Shown here piece after piece: positions 11,001 to 19,718 of a stretch of DNA of 64,000 bases. Under the pieces are notes generated by a model. That model was given only the letters and a program-made list of their open reading frames with translations. It was not told the origin of the DNA and did no database searches. The stretch spans positions 1,441 to 65,440 of the forward strand of contig JBBIOU010000011.1 in the NCBI GenBank assembly GCA_037443205.1, given 5' to 3'. The stretch's first letter is position 1, and each line of letters starts with the position of its first letter. A program made the position numbers and the translations under genes. This stretch comes from Flavobacteriales bacterium (GTDB taxonomy: Bacteria; Bacteroidota; Bacteroidia; Flavobacteriales_D; UBA2798).

Positions 11001-11539
11001 TGCGTTTGTTTTTCGGCATCATTTAAAAAAGTAAACACCATATAGGTAAATGATTTTTGTGCAAAATCGTTCATGGCATTGCCTTCGGGAAGTTCACTTA
11101 GTTCTGTAAGTATATTTTCGTGTTTTTTCCAGCCTTGCAGATTATTTTTTTGTTGCAGGATAGTATGGTATGCTTTTGCATAAGCCAATATATTTTTTTC
11201 GGGAGAGTTGATTATTTCGTTGGTACTGTACCCTGAAAGGTTTGAAATTTTAATTAAATTGTTTTTAAAATAATTTTTACCGTCTAAGGTTAAACCCATT
11301 ACACCATATACCCTTGGCAAACCCATACAACTTTCTGCTTCGCTGCTGTCAATATGTGTTATGCGTGTTTGACTCCAGGCAACAGCCTCCAGCAAACCTT
11401 GGGGTATATCAGGAAAAAGTTGATAAGCCTTATTGAAATAAGGGGCAAAGTTTGTTTGTTTATGTGTATAACTGTTGGCTATTTGTGCCTGCAGAGATGG
11501 GGTAGAGAGAATTAAAAATGTGTATAAAATTTTTTTCAT
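8012..11539 (-). CDS. Secreted multidomain N-acetylmuramoyl-L-alanine amidase with a T9SS type-A C-terminal sorting domain
   Basis: 1175 aa. The order is: signal peptide; an SLT-like N-region (LLEAVAWSQT...YGVMGL); Amidase_2 (HTIQGTYAGAISWSQN...FHYVLRSSDG...AWHVGSENPYTIGYEHEG); a CUB-like domain; a Pro-rich linker; a LamG/concanavalin-like domain; FN3; two PKD domains; and a Por secretion tail (LLVFPNPINEQTHI...AGKYFVKINN). Confidence 0.85.
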   Translation of the reverse strand: MKKILYTFLILSTPSLQAQIANSYTHKQTNFAPYFNKAYQLFPDIPQGLLEAVAWSQTRITHIDSSEAESCMGLPRVYGVMGLTLDGKNYFKNNLIKISNLSGYSTNEIINSPEKNILAYAKAYHTILQQKNNLQGWKKHENILTELSELPEGNAMNDFAQKSFTYMVFTFLNDAEKQTQYNFPNYAINLQDIYGDNLQVLQAQKIKITPQGLKTETGITYQFLQDEGNYRSPDYGPALWNPAPTCNYSSRNGTPVSAITIHTIQGTYAGAISWSQNCNSNVSFHYVLRSSDGQITQMVLEANKAWHVGSENPYTIGYEHEGYVTQPQWYTQVMYQSSANISKDVCNSGYGINPLRTYFGNSSSGINVLGSCTKIKGHQHYPNQTHTDPGINWDWEKYYKLINDNPIITPLNTTSGTFYDSGGQSGNYANDERKLWLIAPPGATSVTLTFSSFNLENNWDFLFIYNGNNTSSPLIGKYTGTNSPGTVTSSGGAILVEFRSDCATTAAGWAASWTSNATPPPPSDLTPPTTQILPPANWVTQDFIVNFNDADNVGGSGIEKAFYQVIDFDGTDWRANAQRGFFSDNFDLPNIHPDWTNASGNWNINNGYLQQTDENNGNTNIYAYINHSLSNRYLYHWAGKMEGSGNNRRAGLHYFCDQPNLTNRGNSYFIWFRLDNDKVQLYKVTNDVFTMVDEVNFNFNANQWYDFKVMYDRITGKHMIYIDNSLVQTWTDSSPYASGNYVSFRSGNCIYTVNNFKIFRSRNTSTNILVGANGDLRYQNTNPLTPAGKIKSIVNDNAGNISAESLQNINVDWTAPNSIIQVNDGTGADINITYNNTQLSANWSSSSDTHSDIARYWFAIGTAPAQTDIQNWTDNAWYDSVTVTGLNLSYGTTYYFSVRAENGAGLLSPISSSDGQLLQVPFTPPTVNYYAQSSYLCINDSVTFINNTSNANSYYWFFPGGSPATSTAVAPKVYYASSGTYNVKLIATGPGGIDSLEQTIQIQIDPLPLAQFTETNDTVYLPNAFVGFNNQSVNANGYYWNFGDGNFSTGFNPWHLYTQPGVYMVSLIAINGTCPNDTLTKSIVVLNANQVNNLEENHTLLVFPNPINEQTHIILFSDNYKNTPLEIYDINGKLIFSKIVNLNPGENKIKLDPTVLAAGKYFVKINNRIAVFQKH

Positions 11540-11560
11540 AACAGGTTATAATTTTCTATT

Positions 11561-11568
11561 CAAATATA
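11561..11568 (-). promoter_or_regulatory. Putative -7 promoter element for the amidase / kinase / regulator operon
   Basis: The minus strand reads TATATTTG (TAnnTTTG), 21 nt before the ATG at 11539. Confidence 0.4.
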
Positions 11569-11678
11569 ATTAATTTTTATTATGCAATATTAATAAGTTT
11601 CTAAAAATTAAATACTTAGTAAACGATGAAATAATTTTTAGTTAATATTACCGGTATAGCTTTACGAAAAATAAAAAT

Positions 11679-12521
11679 ATGTATCGACTATATTTTTTGT
11701 GTTTATTTTTTGCTTTTAATGCTTGTGATAGTAATGAAGAAAATTCGTTTGATCGAAAGATAAAAATTAAAGCATCGGGCAGCGAAACTATGCATATTTT
11801 TATGCGCAATATAGTTAATAATTTTAATGAAGAGAGCAATACGCATTATGTGATGTATAGTGGATTAGGGAGTAATCAGGGAATACAGTCACTTATTTCG
11901 GGCGAGTCGGATATTATTTTTAGTTCGCGCGATTTAACGGCTGATGAAGTAAAAGCCATTACAGAGAAAAATATAAAAATCAGTATTACAGAGTTGGCTT
12001 ATGATGGATTGCATATAATAGTAAATTCCAAAAATGAAATAAATAAACTTTCCAAAGAAGAATTAAAGCAAATTTATACCGGTAAAATAAAAAACTGGAA
12101 TACGCTGACAGGCGTAAATGAAAGAATATATGTGTATGCACGTAATTCAAACTCGGGCACACATAGTTATTTTAAAAAAGAAGTACTGGATGATGAAAAT
12201 TATTTGATGGATTGTATTTTTTTGGAATCGAACGAAAAAATTGTAGAAGCTGTGTCAAAAAATTTAAATGCAATTGGCTATGTAGGTGCCGGTTATAATG
12301 CCATGGCGGTTAAAACGCTGGCGATAGATTTTACAAATCAAAACAATTATGTATTACCAGAATACATGAATATTGAAAATCGCACGTATCCGCTTTCGCG
12401 CGCTTTATATATGATATATAATATTGCTAACGAAGATAAACTAAAACCGTTTATTCAAATACTTTATAGCTCATCAACCCGCGAAATAATACGCCAGAGC
12501 GGTTTTATACCTGCCCGATAA
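11679..12521 (+). CDS. PstS-family (PBP-like type 2) phosphate-binding protein; orphan
   Basis: 280 aa lipoprotein (FAFNACD). SGSETM, SNSGTHSYF and IGYVGAGY resemble PstS-like periplasmic binding proteins. No pstCAB genes are adjacent. Confidence 0.6.
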   Translation: MYRLYFLCLFFAFNACDSNEENSFDRKIKIKASGSETMHIFMRNIVNNFNEESNTHYVMYSGLGSNQGIQSLISGESDIIFSSRDLTADEVKAITEKNIKISITELAYDGLHIIVNSKNEINKLSKEELKQIYTGKIKNWNTLTGVNERIYVYARNSNSGTHSYFKKEVLDDENYLMDCIFLESNEKIVEAVSKNLNAIGYVGAGYNAMAVKTLAIDFTNQNNYVLPEYMNIENRTYPLSRALYMIYNIANEDKLKPFIQILYSSSTREIIRQSGFIPAR

Positions 12522-12529
12522 GAAACGTA

Positions 12530-12883
12530 TTATAAATCATTTTTAAGCTTTTCAAGAGCTTCTTTTATTTTCAGAAGTTTTTCTTCTATCAGAGCCTGTG
12601 TGTTTGTATGGGTGTTTATGCCCATTTTTTTTTCTTTGGTTATTCTTTCTTTGGCGCCATGTAAGGTAAAGCCTTCTTCTTTTACCAATTTATAAATTAA
12701 CTTTAGTACTTCAATATCATCGGGGGTGTAAAACCGATTACCTTTTTTATTTTTTGAGGGTTTTAAAAACGAGTTAAATTCTTTTTCCCAAAACCTAATA
12801 AGCGAAGCATTTACGTCAAACATATTTGCCACTTCGCCAATGCTGTAATATAGTTTTTGTATGGGTTTTTCTTTATAAGGCAT
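12530..12883 (-). CDS. MerR-family transcriptional regulator
   Basis: 117 aa. It has a helix-turn-helix (YSIGEVANMFDVNASLIRFWEKEF) and a C-terminal coiled coil. Confidence 0.8.
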   Translation of the reverse strand: MPYKEKPIQKLYYSIGEVANMFDVNASLIRFWEKEFNSFLKPSKNKKGNRFYTPDDIEVLKLIYKLVKEEGFTLHGAKERITKEKKMGINTHTNTQALIEEKLLKIKEALEKLKNDL

Positions 12884-12901
12884 TTATTTTAACAGACATA
12901 A

Positions 12902-13720
12902 TTAGTAAGATTCTTTTTCGTTGGGGAAGTCTCGGCTCTTAACGTCTTTGATATATTGTTTTACGGCCCGGTTTATAATTTCATTTAGGTTAGCATACCT
13001 GCGTAGAAAACGGGGTTGAAATTCTGTGGTAATTCCCAGCATATCGTGCATTACGAGTACTTGCCCGTCTACCTGGTTGCCGGCACCTATCCCGATAATG
13101 GGAATTTTAAGCCGGGTAGCAACTTTAGCTGCGAGGCTGGCCGGTATTTTTTCAAGTACTATGGCAAAACAACCTGTTTCTTCGAGTATGGCTGCGTCTT
13201 CGAGCAATCGTTTGGCTTCTTCTTCTTCTTTGGCGCGCACAACGTAGGTGCCAAATTTATAAATTGATTGTGGAGTCAATCCTAAATGCCCCATAACCGG
13301 AATACCTGCCGATAGAATGCGTTGTACCGATTCTTTTATTTCTCTGCCTCCTTCCATTTTTACGGCATGGGCACCTGATTCTTTCATAATTTTTACGGCA
13401 GCATTCAAAGCTTCTTTAGAATTTCCCTGGTAGGTTCCAAAGGGTAAATCAACTACTACCAGACATCTTTTTACGGCACGTATTACTGATGAAGCATGGT
13501 ATATCATTTGATCCAGTGTAATAGGCAATGTGGTTTCGTGTCCTGCCATTACGTTGCTGGCAGAGTCGCCAACTAATATAACATCTATTCCTGCACTATC
13601 TATTAATGCTGCCATAGAGTAATCATAAGCAGTGAGCATACTTATTTTTTCTCCGCGCTGTTTCATTTCCTGCAACACGTGTGTAGTTACTCTTTTTACT
13701 TCTTTTTTAGATGCCGACAT
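12902..13720 (-). CDS. panB: 3-methyl-2-oxobutanoate hydroxymethyltransferase
   Basis: 272 aa. [23 protein letters not shown] and VKMEGG are PanB signatures. Confidence 0.92.
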   Translation of the reverse strand: MSASKKEVKRVTTHVLQEMKQRGEKISMLTAYDYSMAALIDSAGIDVILVGDSASNVMAGHETTLPITLDQMIYHASSVIRAVKRCLVVVDLPFGTYQGNSKEALNAAVKIMKESGAHAVKMEGGREIKESVQRILSAGIPVMGHLGLTPQSIYKFGTYVVRAKEEEEAKRLLEDAAILEETGCFAIVLEKIPASLAAKVATRLKIPIIGIGAGNQVDGQVLVMHDMLGITTEFQPRFLRRYANLNEIINRAVKQYIKDVKSRDFPNEKESY

Positions 13721-13795
13721 AGGTTAAACTTTATGCTTTATGCAAATCTATGAAAACAATTCTATTATATGACTTAAAATATGAGGGGTTATTAT

Positions 13796-15094
13796 TTATC
13801 TGTATAACCAGGCTGCAGGGTCTTGTTTAACAAAATCTTCTTCGGTTATTTTCCAAATTTCAAAATGCAACTCGCTAATGTTGTTGTCTTCGGTGCTCAG
13901 TAAAGTGCCAATTTCCTGTTTGGTTTTAATGTTTTGTCCTTTTTGAACAATAACATTACCCAGGTTGGCATATACAGTGCGGTAGGATCCATGGCTTATC
14001 ATTACAGCTTTGCCGGCACCGGGGATAACAAAAATACTGGTAACGGTTCCTTCAAATACCGCCCTTACTTTTGCAGCTTTTGTACTGCTTATATCTACAC
14101 CGTTATTATTGGTAAAAATACCCGGAAGAGTAGGGTGTGGTTGTTTGCCAAAACCAATGGTAATTTCGCCTTTTTCTACAGGCCATGGTAATTTACCTTT
14201 GTTGTTTTCAAATTTTGCGGATTCGAGTTGTGCTTCGGGGGTTTCGGTAAATCCGGTGTTTGTTTTGTTATTTTTATTATTTACCGGATTATCAGCGATA
14301 TTTTTTTTGTTTGCTGCCCGCTTTTCTTTTTCCATCCTTTCTTTTTCTTTGCGCTGTTGTTCTCTGATTTCTTCTTCAATGGCTTTTTTAATTTGTTGAG
14401 CTATACGTTTTTTTGTTTCTTCCTGTTCTTGCAAGATTTTTTTCAGTTTTGTTTCTTCTTTTTTTAATTCGTTTAATGCAATGTGTTGTTTTTCTTTATC
14501 TTTATTAAAGTTTTCTTTTTCTTTTTTTTGAATGTCTGCTAAATTTTCTTTTTCTTTAACTTTTTCGTCCAGTAAACTTATTTTTTGCTGCAGTGCATTT
14601 TGTGTTTGAGTAATAATATCCATTTGTCGTTTTCGGTAATCGCCAAACTGTCGCAGGTATTTTGCCCGCTGGTAGCCTTGGTTAAAATTTTCTGATGCAA
14701 AAACAAACATTAAATTGTGGTATGTATTTCTGTTTTTATAAGCGTAAAATACCATTTTAGCATATTGTTCTTTTACTCTTTTTAAGTCTTCTTCCATAGC
14801 TTTGATTACGCTTTTTGTTTCTTCGATTTGTTTATTTAGATAGCGTATTTGCGAGCTTATATTTTGCAATAATTCTTCGCGATAAGCGATTTGTTGGTTT
14901 ATAATGGCTAATTCGGCAATGGTTAATCGTTCATGGTTTTTAATATTGCCTATTAAGGATTTGGTGTTTTCTATTTTTTGTTCAAGCTCTTGTTGTTTTT
15001 GCTTTAATTTTTCGCTGTTTTTTTGAGCTGATAGCTTATTATAAAAAGCAAGCACAGCAAGTATTAGCCAAATAATTTTATTCCATTTTTTCAT
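13796..15094 (-). CDS. M23-family peptidase / murein hydrolase activator (EnvC-like)
   Basis: It has a signal peptide, a long Lys/Glu-rich coiled coil and a C-terminal LytM/M23 domain (NNGVDISS...VISHGSYRTVYANL...LHFEIW). Confidence 0.85.
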   Translation of the reverse strand: MKKWNKIIWLILAVLAFYNKLSAQKNSEKLKQKQQELEQKIENTKSLIGNIKNHERLTIAELAIINQQIAYREELLQNISSQIRYLNKQIEETKSVIKAMEEDLKRVKEQYAKMVFYAYKNRNTYHNLMFVFASENFNQGYQRAKYLRQFGDYRKRQMDIITQTQNALQQKISLLDEKVKEKENLADIQKKEKENFNKDKEKQHIALNELKKEETKLKKILQEQEETKKRIAQQIKKAIEEEIREQQRKEKERMEKEKRAANKKNIADNPVNNKNNKTNTGFTETPEAQLESAKFENNKGKLPWPVEKGEITIGFGKQPHPTLPGIFTNNNGVDISSTKAAKVRAVFEGTVTSIFVIPGAGKAVMISHGSYRTVYANLGNVIVQKGQNIKTKQEIGTLLSTEDNNISELHFEIWKITEEDFVKQDPAAWLYR

Positions 15095-15911
15095 AACCTT
15101 CGGGTACGTTGAACGGAAAATCTGTTATTTCGTTCACTTTTGTACGCGAATATTTTAAAAAAATACTGGCTTTTTGACGGGGTGAGGAAGCATTTATTAA
15201 CACATCCATGGGGACTAAACTTGAATTAACCATTTCGTATTGCAGGTATTTTATGTCCAGCTCGGTTGTGTCTTGTAAATCATTTATTACAATTCTTGCC
15301 GGCCGAAATATCCCCGGATATATCCAATAGCGGTAAATGATATTTTCCTTTTTAAGTTGTTTGTCTTTTTCAAGGCTGCGTTTTAGTTTTCTTTTACCAA
15401 CCGTAGACAGTAAATAACAGGCCGTGTCGGGTAATAATTTAAGTTTATCATCCATATTAAATTGAGGCAAATTGCCGGCTATAATTTGCTGAAACAACAG
15501 GTAATCAATTTCTGTGTCAAAAATTTCGTTCAGATAATTAAAACTTTCCAGTAAATATTTTTTATCAAATTTATTTACCAGTTTAAATGAGTCTTTCGTA
15601 ATGGCTGCATTAGCAACTACAATATTTAGTGCGCTGATAGACATCCAGATAATACTGTCTTTTTTGACGCGTAGGTTAGTTTTAAAAGATTTATCAAAAC
15701 CGGGGGCGTCTACCTCTACAGATATGCGCGAACTGAAATAAGTGTATTGTAATCTTTCCAGATTAATGCTATCCAGTAGTTTAGATAAAGGAATATCTTT
15801 ATGTAAATGATTTCTGAAATGAAATATTCTTTTACTTCGGCAGGATGCAGAAAATAAAATTAACGCAATAAAAACGACAAAAATAAGTTTGTATATATTA
15901 ATTTTATTCAT
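15078..15911 (-). CDS. DUF4292-like lipoprotein (LolB-like fold suspected)
   Basis: 277 aa with a lipobox (FSASC). Its position between a TPR protein and an M23 peptidase is the arrangement I recall for DUF4292 in Bacteroidota. The family assignment rests on context and size only. Confidence 0.5.
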   Translation of the reverse strand: MNKINIYKLIFVVFIALILFSASCRSKRIFHFRNHLHKDIPLSKLLDSINLERLQYTYFSSRISVEVDAPGFDKSFKTNLRVKKDSIIWMSISALNIVVANAAITKDSFKLVNKFDKKYLLESFNYLNEIFDTEIDYLLFQQIIAGNLPQFNMDDKLKLLPDTACYLLSTVGKRKLKRSLEKDKQLKKENIIYRYWIYPGIFRPARIVINDLQDTTELDIKYLQYEMVNSSLVPMDVLINASSPRQKASIFLKYSRTKVNEITDFPFNVPEGYEKME

Positions 15912-17643
15912 AATATTTTTTGTCGTTTATTTTTTTATCAATAGCCGGGCCGGTGTCACCTTTTTCTTTAGCTTGTTTCCAATATTTAAGGGCTTCGTCA
16001 TGTTTTTGCAGCATAAATAAAACATCGCCATAATGTTCTAAAATTGTGCCACTGTTGTTACCTCCTTTTTCTAAGGCTTGTTTTAGCCATTTTTCGGCTT
16101 CTTCATATTTTTTTTGTACAAATAATATCCAGCCATAGGTATCTAAAAAAGAGGCCTGGTTGGGTTGTAAATCATTGCTTTTTTTAGACATTTCGGCAGC
16201 TTTGTCTAAGTTTATTTTTCTTAAGCACAAATAATAGGCGTAGTTGTTTAATACATAAACGTTATCGGGGTTTATGGCTAAGGCTTTATCATAATATTCA
16301 TCTGATTTTTTATGTTCTTGTAATTTATGATAGCAATCACCCAGTAGTTGGTAAAATTCTGCCTGAAGGGCTTTATTGCCGATTACATAATTCAGTCCTT
16401 CTTGCAGTGTTTCGGATGCTTCTTTGTAAAGATTTTTTTGCATGGCGGCAAAACCATTAAAGTAATAAAAGCCGGGTTGCGTAGGAAAAAGTTCCATAGC
16501 TGTGCGGCTTTCGTTATAAAGCGATTCATTATCCTGAAGTTGCGAATTGAGGATGCATATTTCATTCCATATCGGAAATACATTTTTTTCGAGTGCTACG
16601 GCTTTTCTGAATTTATCGCGGGCTTCAATGGTTTTATTATCGCGTACAAGAAAATCACCGTATATTGACCATGCCTTGGCCTCGTCAGCATGAACCGCAA
16701 TAAGTATTTCTAATAGTTCATATGCCTCTTCTGTTTTTGCCGGTTGGTCTAAATATTCGAGTAATATTTGCATTTTTATGTCAATAGGAATGTTAGGGCT
16801 CTGAAAAGCTTTTTGTAATTCTTCCTTGCGTTTAAGTTCGTTACGTTTGGCTTTATAATATTCGGCAAGTGATAAATGTACCATGCCATTTTGCGGGTCT
16901 AATTCTAAAACTTTATGATAATATTCAAGGGCTTTTTCGCTTTGTCCCATTTCCTCAAATATTTCGGCCATGATACCGTAATAGCGGGGTTCGTTGGGGT
17001 TTTGATTTAATAAACTTTGTATTTCTTCGAGTGCTTTATCGTGTTTTTTTAAAAAGCTGTATATGCGATATTTCTGAAAAATAATATCTTCGCGTTTACC
17101 CATTAATTTTTCGGCTTTATTAAGTGCTTCAATTGCTTTTTCGGGCTGATTCATCATCAGCAGCGCATCCGAATAAGGAAAGTAATAATCGGTATTTTCA
17201 GGTTCGTTTTTAATTAGTTTTTCAAAGGTTTGTACAGTTTCTTTATAATATTTATTTGATTGATATAAGTAAGCAAGTTGCAGCAAAAACCATTTATTTT
17301 GAGGCTCTAGCTGAGCTGCTTTTTCTGCCATTTCCAGTGCGCGTATTTTTCTGCCGCTGATATCGTATAAGCCTGATAAATGATACATGGCTGTTGCACA
17401 GGCAGGGTCTATGCTTAAACAGGAATCAAATTTGGTAAAAGCCAATTCAATGTTTCCGGCCGATTTTGCCGTTGTTCCTTCAATGATTAAAGACGATATT
17501 TTTTGTTTTTTTAAATCGTCTAAATATTCCTTTGTGGTTTTTAATGCAGATTTATGGTTGCCCGTAGCCGCGTTTTTTTTACTCTTACAGGAATAAACAA
17601 AAACCGTAAAACATAAAATTATCAGGGTAAAATATTTCATCAA
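15904..17643 (-). CDS. Tetratricopeptide-repeat lipoprotein
   Basis: 579 aa with a lipobox (VYSC). TPR-like units (A..Y...G....A...Y.KAL..P.N) recur throughout. Confidence 0.8.
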   Translation of the reverse strand: MMKYFTLIILCFTVFVYSCKSKKNAATGNHKSALKTTKEYLDDLKKQKISSLIIEGTTAKSAGNIELAFTKFDSCLSIDPACATAMYHLSGLYDISGRKIRALEMAEKAAQLEPQNKWFLLQLAYLYQSNKYYKETVQTFEKLIKNEPENTDYYFPYSDALLMMNQPEKAIEALNKAEKLMGKREDIIFQKYRIYSFLKKHDKALEEIQSLLNQNPNEPRYYGIMAEIFEEMGQSEKALEYYHKVLELDPQNGMVHLSLAEYYKAKRNELKRKEELQKAFQSPNIPIDIKMQILLEYLDQPAKTEEAYELLEILIAVHADEAKAWSIYGDFLVRDNKTIEARDKFRKAVALEKNVFPIWNEICILNSQLQDNESLYNESRTAMELFPTQPGFYYFNGFAAMQKNLYKEASETLQEGLNYVIGNKALQAEFYQLLGDCYHKLQEHKKSDEYYDKALAINPDNVYVLNNYAYYLCLRKINLDKAAEMSKKSNDLQPNQASFLDTYGWILFVQKKYEEAEKWLKQALEKGGNNSGTILEHYGDVLFMLQKHDEALKYWKQAKEKGDTGPAIDKKINDKKYYE

Positions 17644-18650
17644 AAATTTATGGTATTAAAATCTCCTACGTTTAATTCTAACGCATGGTTTGAAATATTA
17701 GCATGATTCCCCACCATGGTGTTTGTTATATTAACATTTTTTAGCACGCTGTTTTGTTGAATAATACTGTTTTCAATTATACATTTTTCAATTACTGTGG
17801 CCTTACCTATTGACACATATGGGCCAACTACACTGTTAATTATTTTTACATCCTCATCAATAAAACAAGGCTCAATAATCATACTGTTTTTTAGAGTTGC
17901 CGATTTAGCTTTTAAATTTAAATTTTTTTCTTGTAAAAAAATCAAATAGCGTTGATTGGAATTTACCGTTGCCTCTTTATTACCGCAATCAAGCCATTCG
18001 CTTACAGTGTCGGTAAAAAATTTCACGCCTTTTTGTTTCATGTTTTGCAAAGCATCCGTAAGCTGAAATTCATTGTTGCCTTTGATGTTATGGTCTATTA
18101 AATATTGAAGTTCATTTTTCAGCTTTTCCCCGTCTTTAAAATAGTAAATCCCGATGATTGCTTGATCAGAAACAAACTTTTTGGGTTTTTCTATAAAATC
18201 ATTTACACTGCCATCGTCATTCAATTTTACAACACCAAAACTTGATGGATTATCTACCTTTTTAACCCAAATGATACTATCTTTATTTTCGTTTAATTTA
18301 AAGTTTGCCTTAAAAAGAGTATCTGCAAAAGCTACTACAATTTTACCCTTTAAAGCATTTGCTGCACACAGCACTGCGTGTGCCGTGCCCAGGGCCTCAT
18401 GCTGATAATGTATAGTTCCTTTTGCTCCTACCTTATCGGCAATGGCAAGCAGTTCGCCTTCGGTTTCTTTGCCAAAATCTCCTGTTACAAAAGCAATTTC
18501 ATCAACTTTTTCGCTGCACACCGAAATAATATCTTCTACCAGCCAATGTACAATAGGTTTACCTGCAACAGGAATTAGCGGCTTTGGTGTGGTAAGCGTA
18601 TGCGGACGCATACGCTTACCCATGCCGGCCATGGGTATAATTATTTTCAT
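17640..18650 (-). CDS. Sugar-phosphate nucleotidyltransferase with a C-terminal left-handed beta-helix
   Basis: MKIIIPMAGMGKRMRPHTLTTPKPLIPVAGKPIV is the NTP-transferase G-loop. The C-terminus has hexapeptide-like repeats. Confidence 0.8.
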   Translation of the reverse strand: MKIIIPMAGMGKRMRPHTLTTPKPLIPVAGKPIVHWLVEDIISVCSEKVDEIAFVTGDFGKETEGELLAIADKVGAKGTIHYQHEALGTAHAVLCAANALKGKIVVAFADTLFKANFKLNENKDSIIWVKKVDNPSSFGVVKLNDDGSVNDFIEKPKKFVSDQAIIGIYYFKDGEKLKNELQYLIDHNIKGNNEFQLTDALQNMKQKGVKFFTDTVSEWLDCGNKEATVNSNQRYLIFLQEKNLNLKAKSATLKNSMIIEPCFIDEDVKIINSVVGPYVSIGKATVIEKCIIENSIIQQNSVLKNVNITNTMVGNHANISNHALELNVGDFNTINF

Positions 18651-18808
18651 GCCTTTTTTAAAATATTAGGTGTTGGTGCAAATATCTGATTTATTCGTTA
18701 TACATTTATTTAAAGTTTTTTTTGCCAAACGCAAATTATTGAATAATTTCGCAGCCCGTTTTAATTTATATAGAAATTTGTTCTTTAAATACAGAGTAAC
18801 TTAAAAAT

Positions 18809-18892
18809 GCCCGGGTGGCGGAATTGGTAGACGCGCTGGTCTCAAACACCAGTGATAGCAATATCGTATCGGTTCGACCCCGATCCCGGGTA
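18809..18892 (+). tRNA. tRNA-Leu (anticodon CAA), class II with a long variable arm
   Basis: I folded it by hand. The acceptor stem is GCCCGGG/CCCGGGT. The anticodon stem is CTGGT/ACCAG with loop CTCAAAC. The T arm is ATCGG-TTCGACC-CCGAT and the discriminator is A. CCA is not encoded. Confidence 0.9.
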
Positions 18893-19046
18893 CATCGTTT
18901 TTGCAAATATTAAGTTTTTTAGCTGCCAGTACCATTTGATTCTTATCAGGTCTCCTCAGGGTTTATTTATTCACCTTCCTATAATAATGTTTATTCCGAA
19001 TTAAGCTTATTAACGATTAATTCTGTGCTCATGGAGGATAAGTAAA

Positions 19047-19114
19047 CACCAGAAACTATCCAACATACCTGCATCAGTCTATGTAAAATTCGGTGACTGA
19101 TGACAATTTTGGTA
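19047..19114 (-). repeat. Dispersed intergenic repeat, copy E (hairpin subtype)
   Basis: Its reverse complement aligns with copy D: ccaaaattgt, then an 8-bp stem catcagtc/gactgatg with a 15-nt loop, then caggtatgtt. Confidence 0.65.
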
Positions 19115-19216
19115 TAAATTACATTTTATGTAAAACATCAATTGTGTATATCATTTATGCATTAAATTTTTTTAATTCTTAAACAAGATAGTATATGCCG
19201 GATGAATGATACTGAG

Positions 19217-19224
19217 TATGTTTG
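19217..19224 (+). promoter_or_regulatory. Putative -7 promoter element for the dCMP deaminase / ctp pair
   Basis: TATGTTTG matches TAnnTTTG, 45 nt before the ATG at 19270. Confidence 0.35.
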
Positions 19225-19269
19225 CTTTGTTGCTACTCAAAGGTTTTTCTTACCTTAGCAGCGCTGTTT

Positions 19270-19713
19270 ATGGACATAGAAAATTCATATATACTCGAAA
19301 AACAACTCCGCTACGACAAAGCCTATTTGCGTATGGCTACCGAGTGGGCTAAACTTTCGCATTGTAAACGCAAGCAAGTGGGCGCCCTCATCGTAAAAGA
19401 AGGTATGATAATATCAGATGGATATAACGGAACGCCTTCGGGTTATCCCAATGCCTGCGAAGACGAACAAGGAGAAACCCTTTGGTATGTATTGCATGCC
19501 GAAGCCAATGCCATACTAAAAGTTGCCCGTTCAACACATAACGCCAAAGGCGCAACTTTGTATTTAACTCTTTCGCCTTGCAAAGAATGTTCAAAACTTA
19601 TTTTGCAGGCAGGTATAGTTCGTGTGGTATTTATTAAAGCATACAAAGATCAATCGGGGGTTCAATTTTTAATAAATTCGGGAATAGAAGTTTTACAAAT
19701 TGAGGAAATATAG
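19270..19713 (+). CDS. Deoxycytidylate (dCMP) deaminase, ComEB-like
   Basis: The zinc motifs HAEANA and PCKECSKLI are present. I prefer the ATG at 19270 (MDIENS...) over the TTG-extended track ORF starting at 19222. Confidence 0.85.
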   Translation: MDIENSYILEKQLRYDKAYLRMATEWAKLSHCKRKQVGALIVKEGMIISDGYNGTPSGYPNACEDEQGETLWYVLHAEANAILKVARSTHNAKGATLYLTLSPCKECSKLILQAGIVRVVFIKAYKDQSGVQFLINSGIEVLQIEEI

Positions 19714-19718
19714 ATAGC

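Noticed and set aside
14010-14467. Plus-strand ORFs of 129 aa and 79 aa, rich in Phe, Leu and Ser
   Set aside because: They are antisense to the Lys/Glu-rich coiled coil of the M23 peptidase gene. Their composition is the mirror image of AAG/GAA codons, so they are not real genes.
18893-19269. The 377-bp non-coding stretch downstream of tRNA-Leu as a possible integration scar (attachment site)
   Set aside because: There is no integrase and no direct repeat of the tRNA 3' end. The only feature present is a copy of the dispersed repeat found in other spacers.
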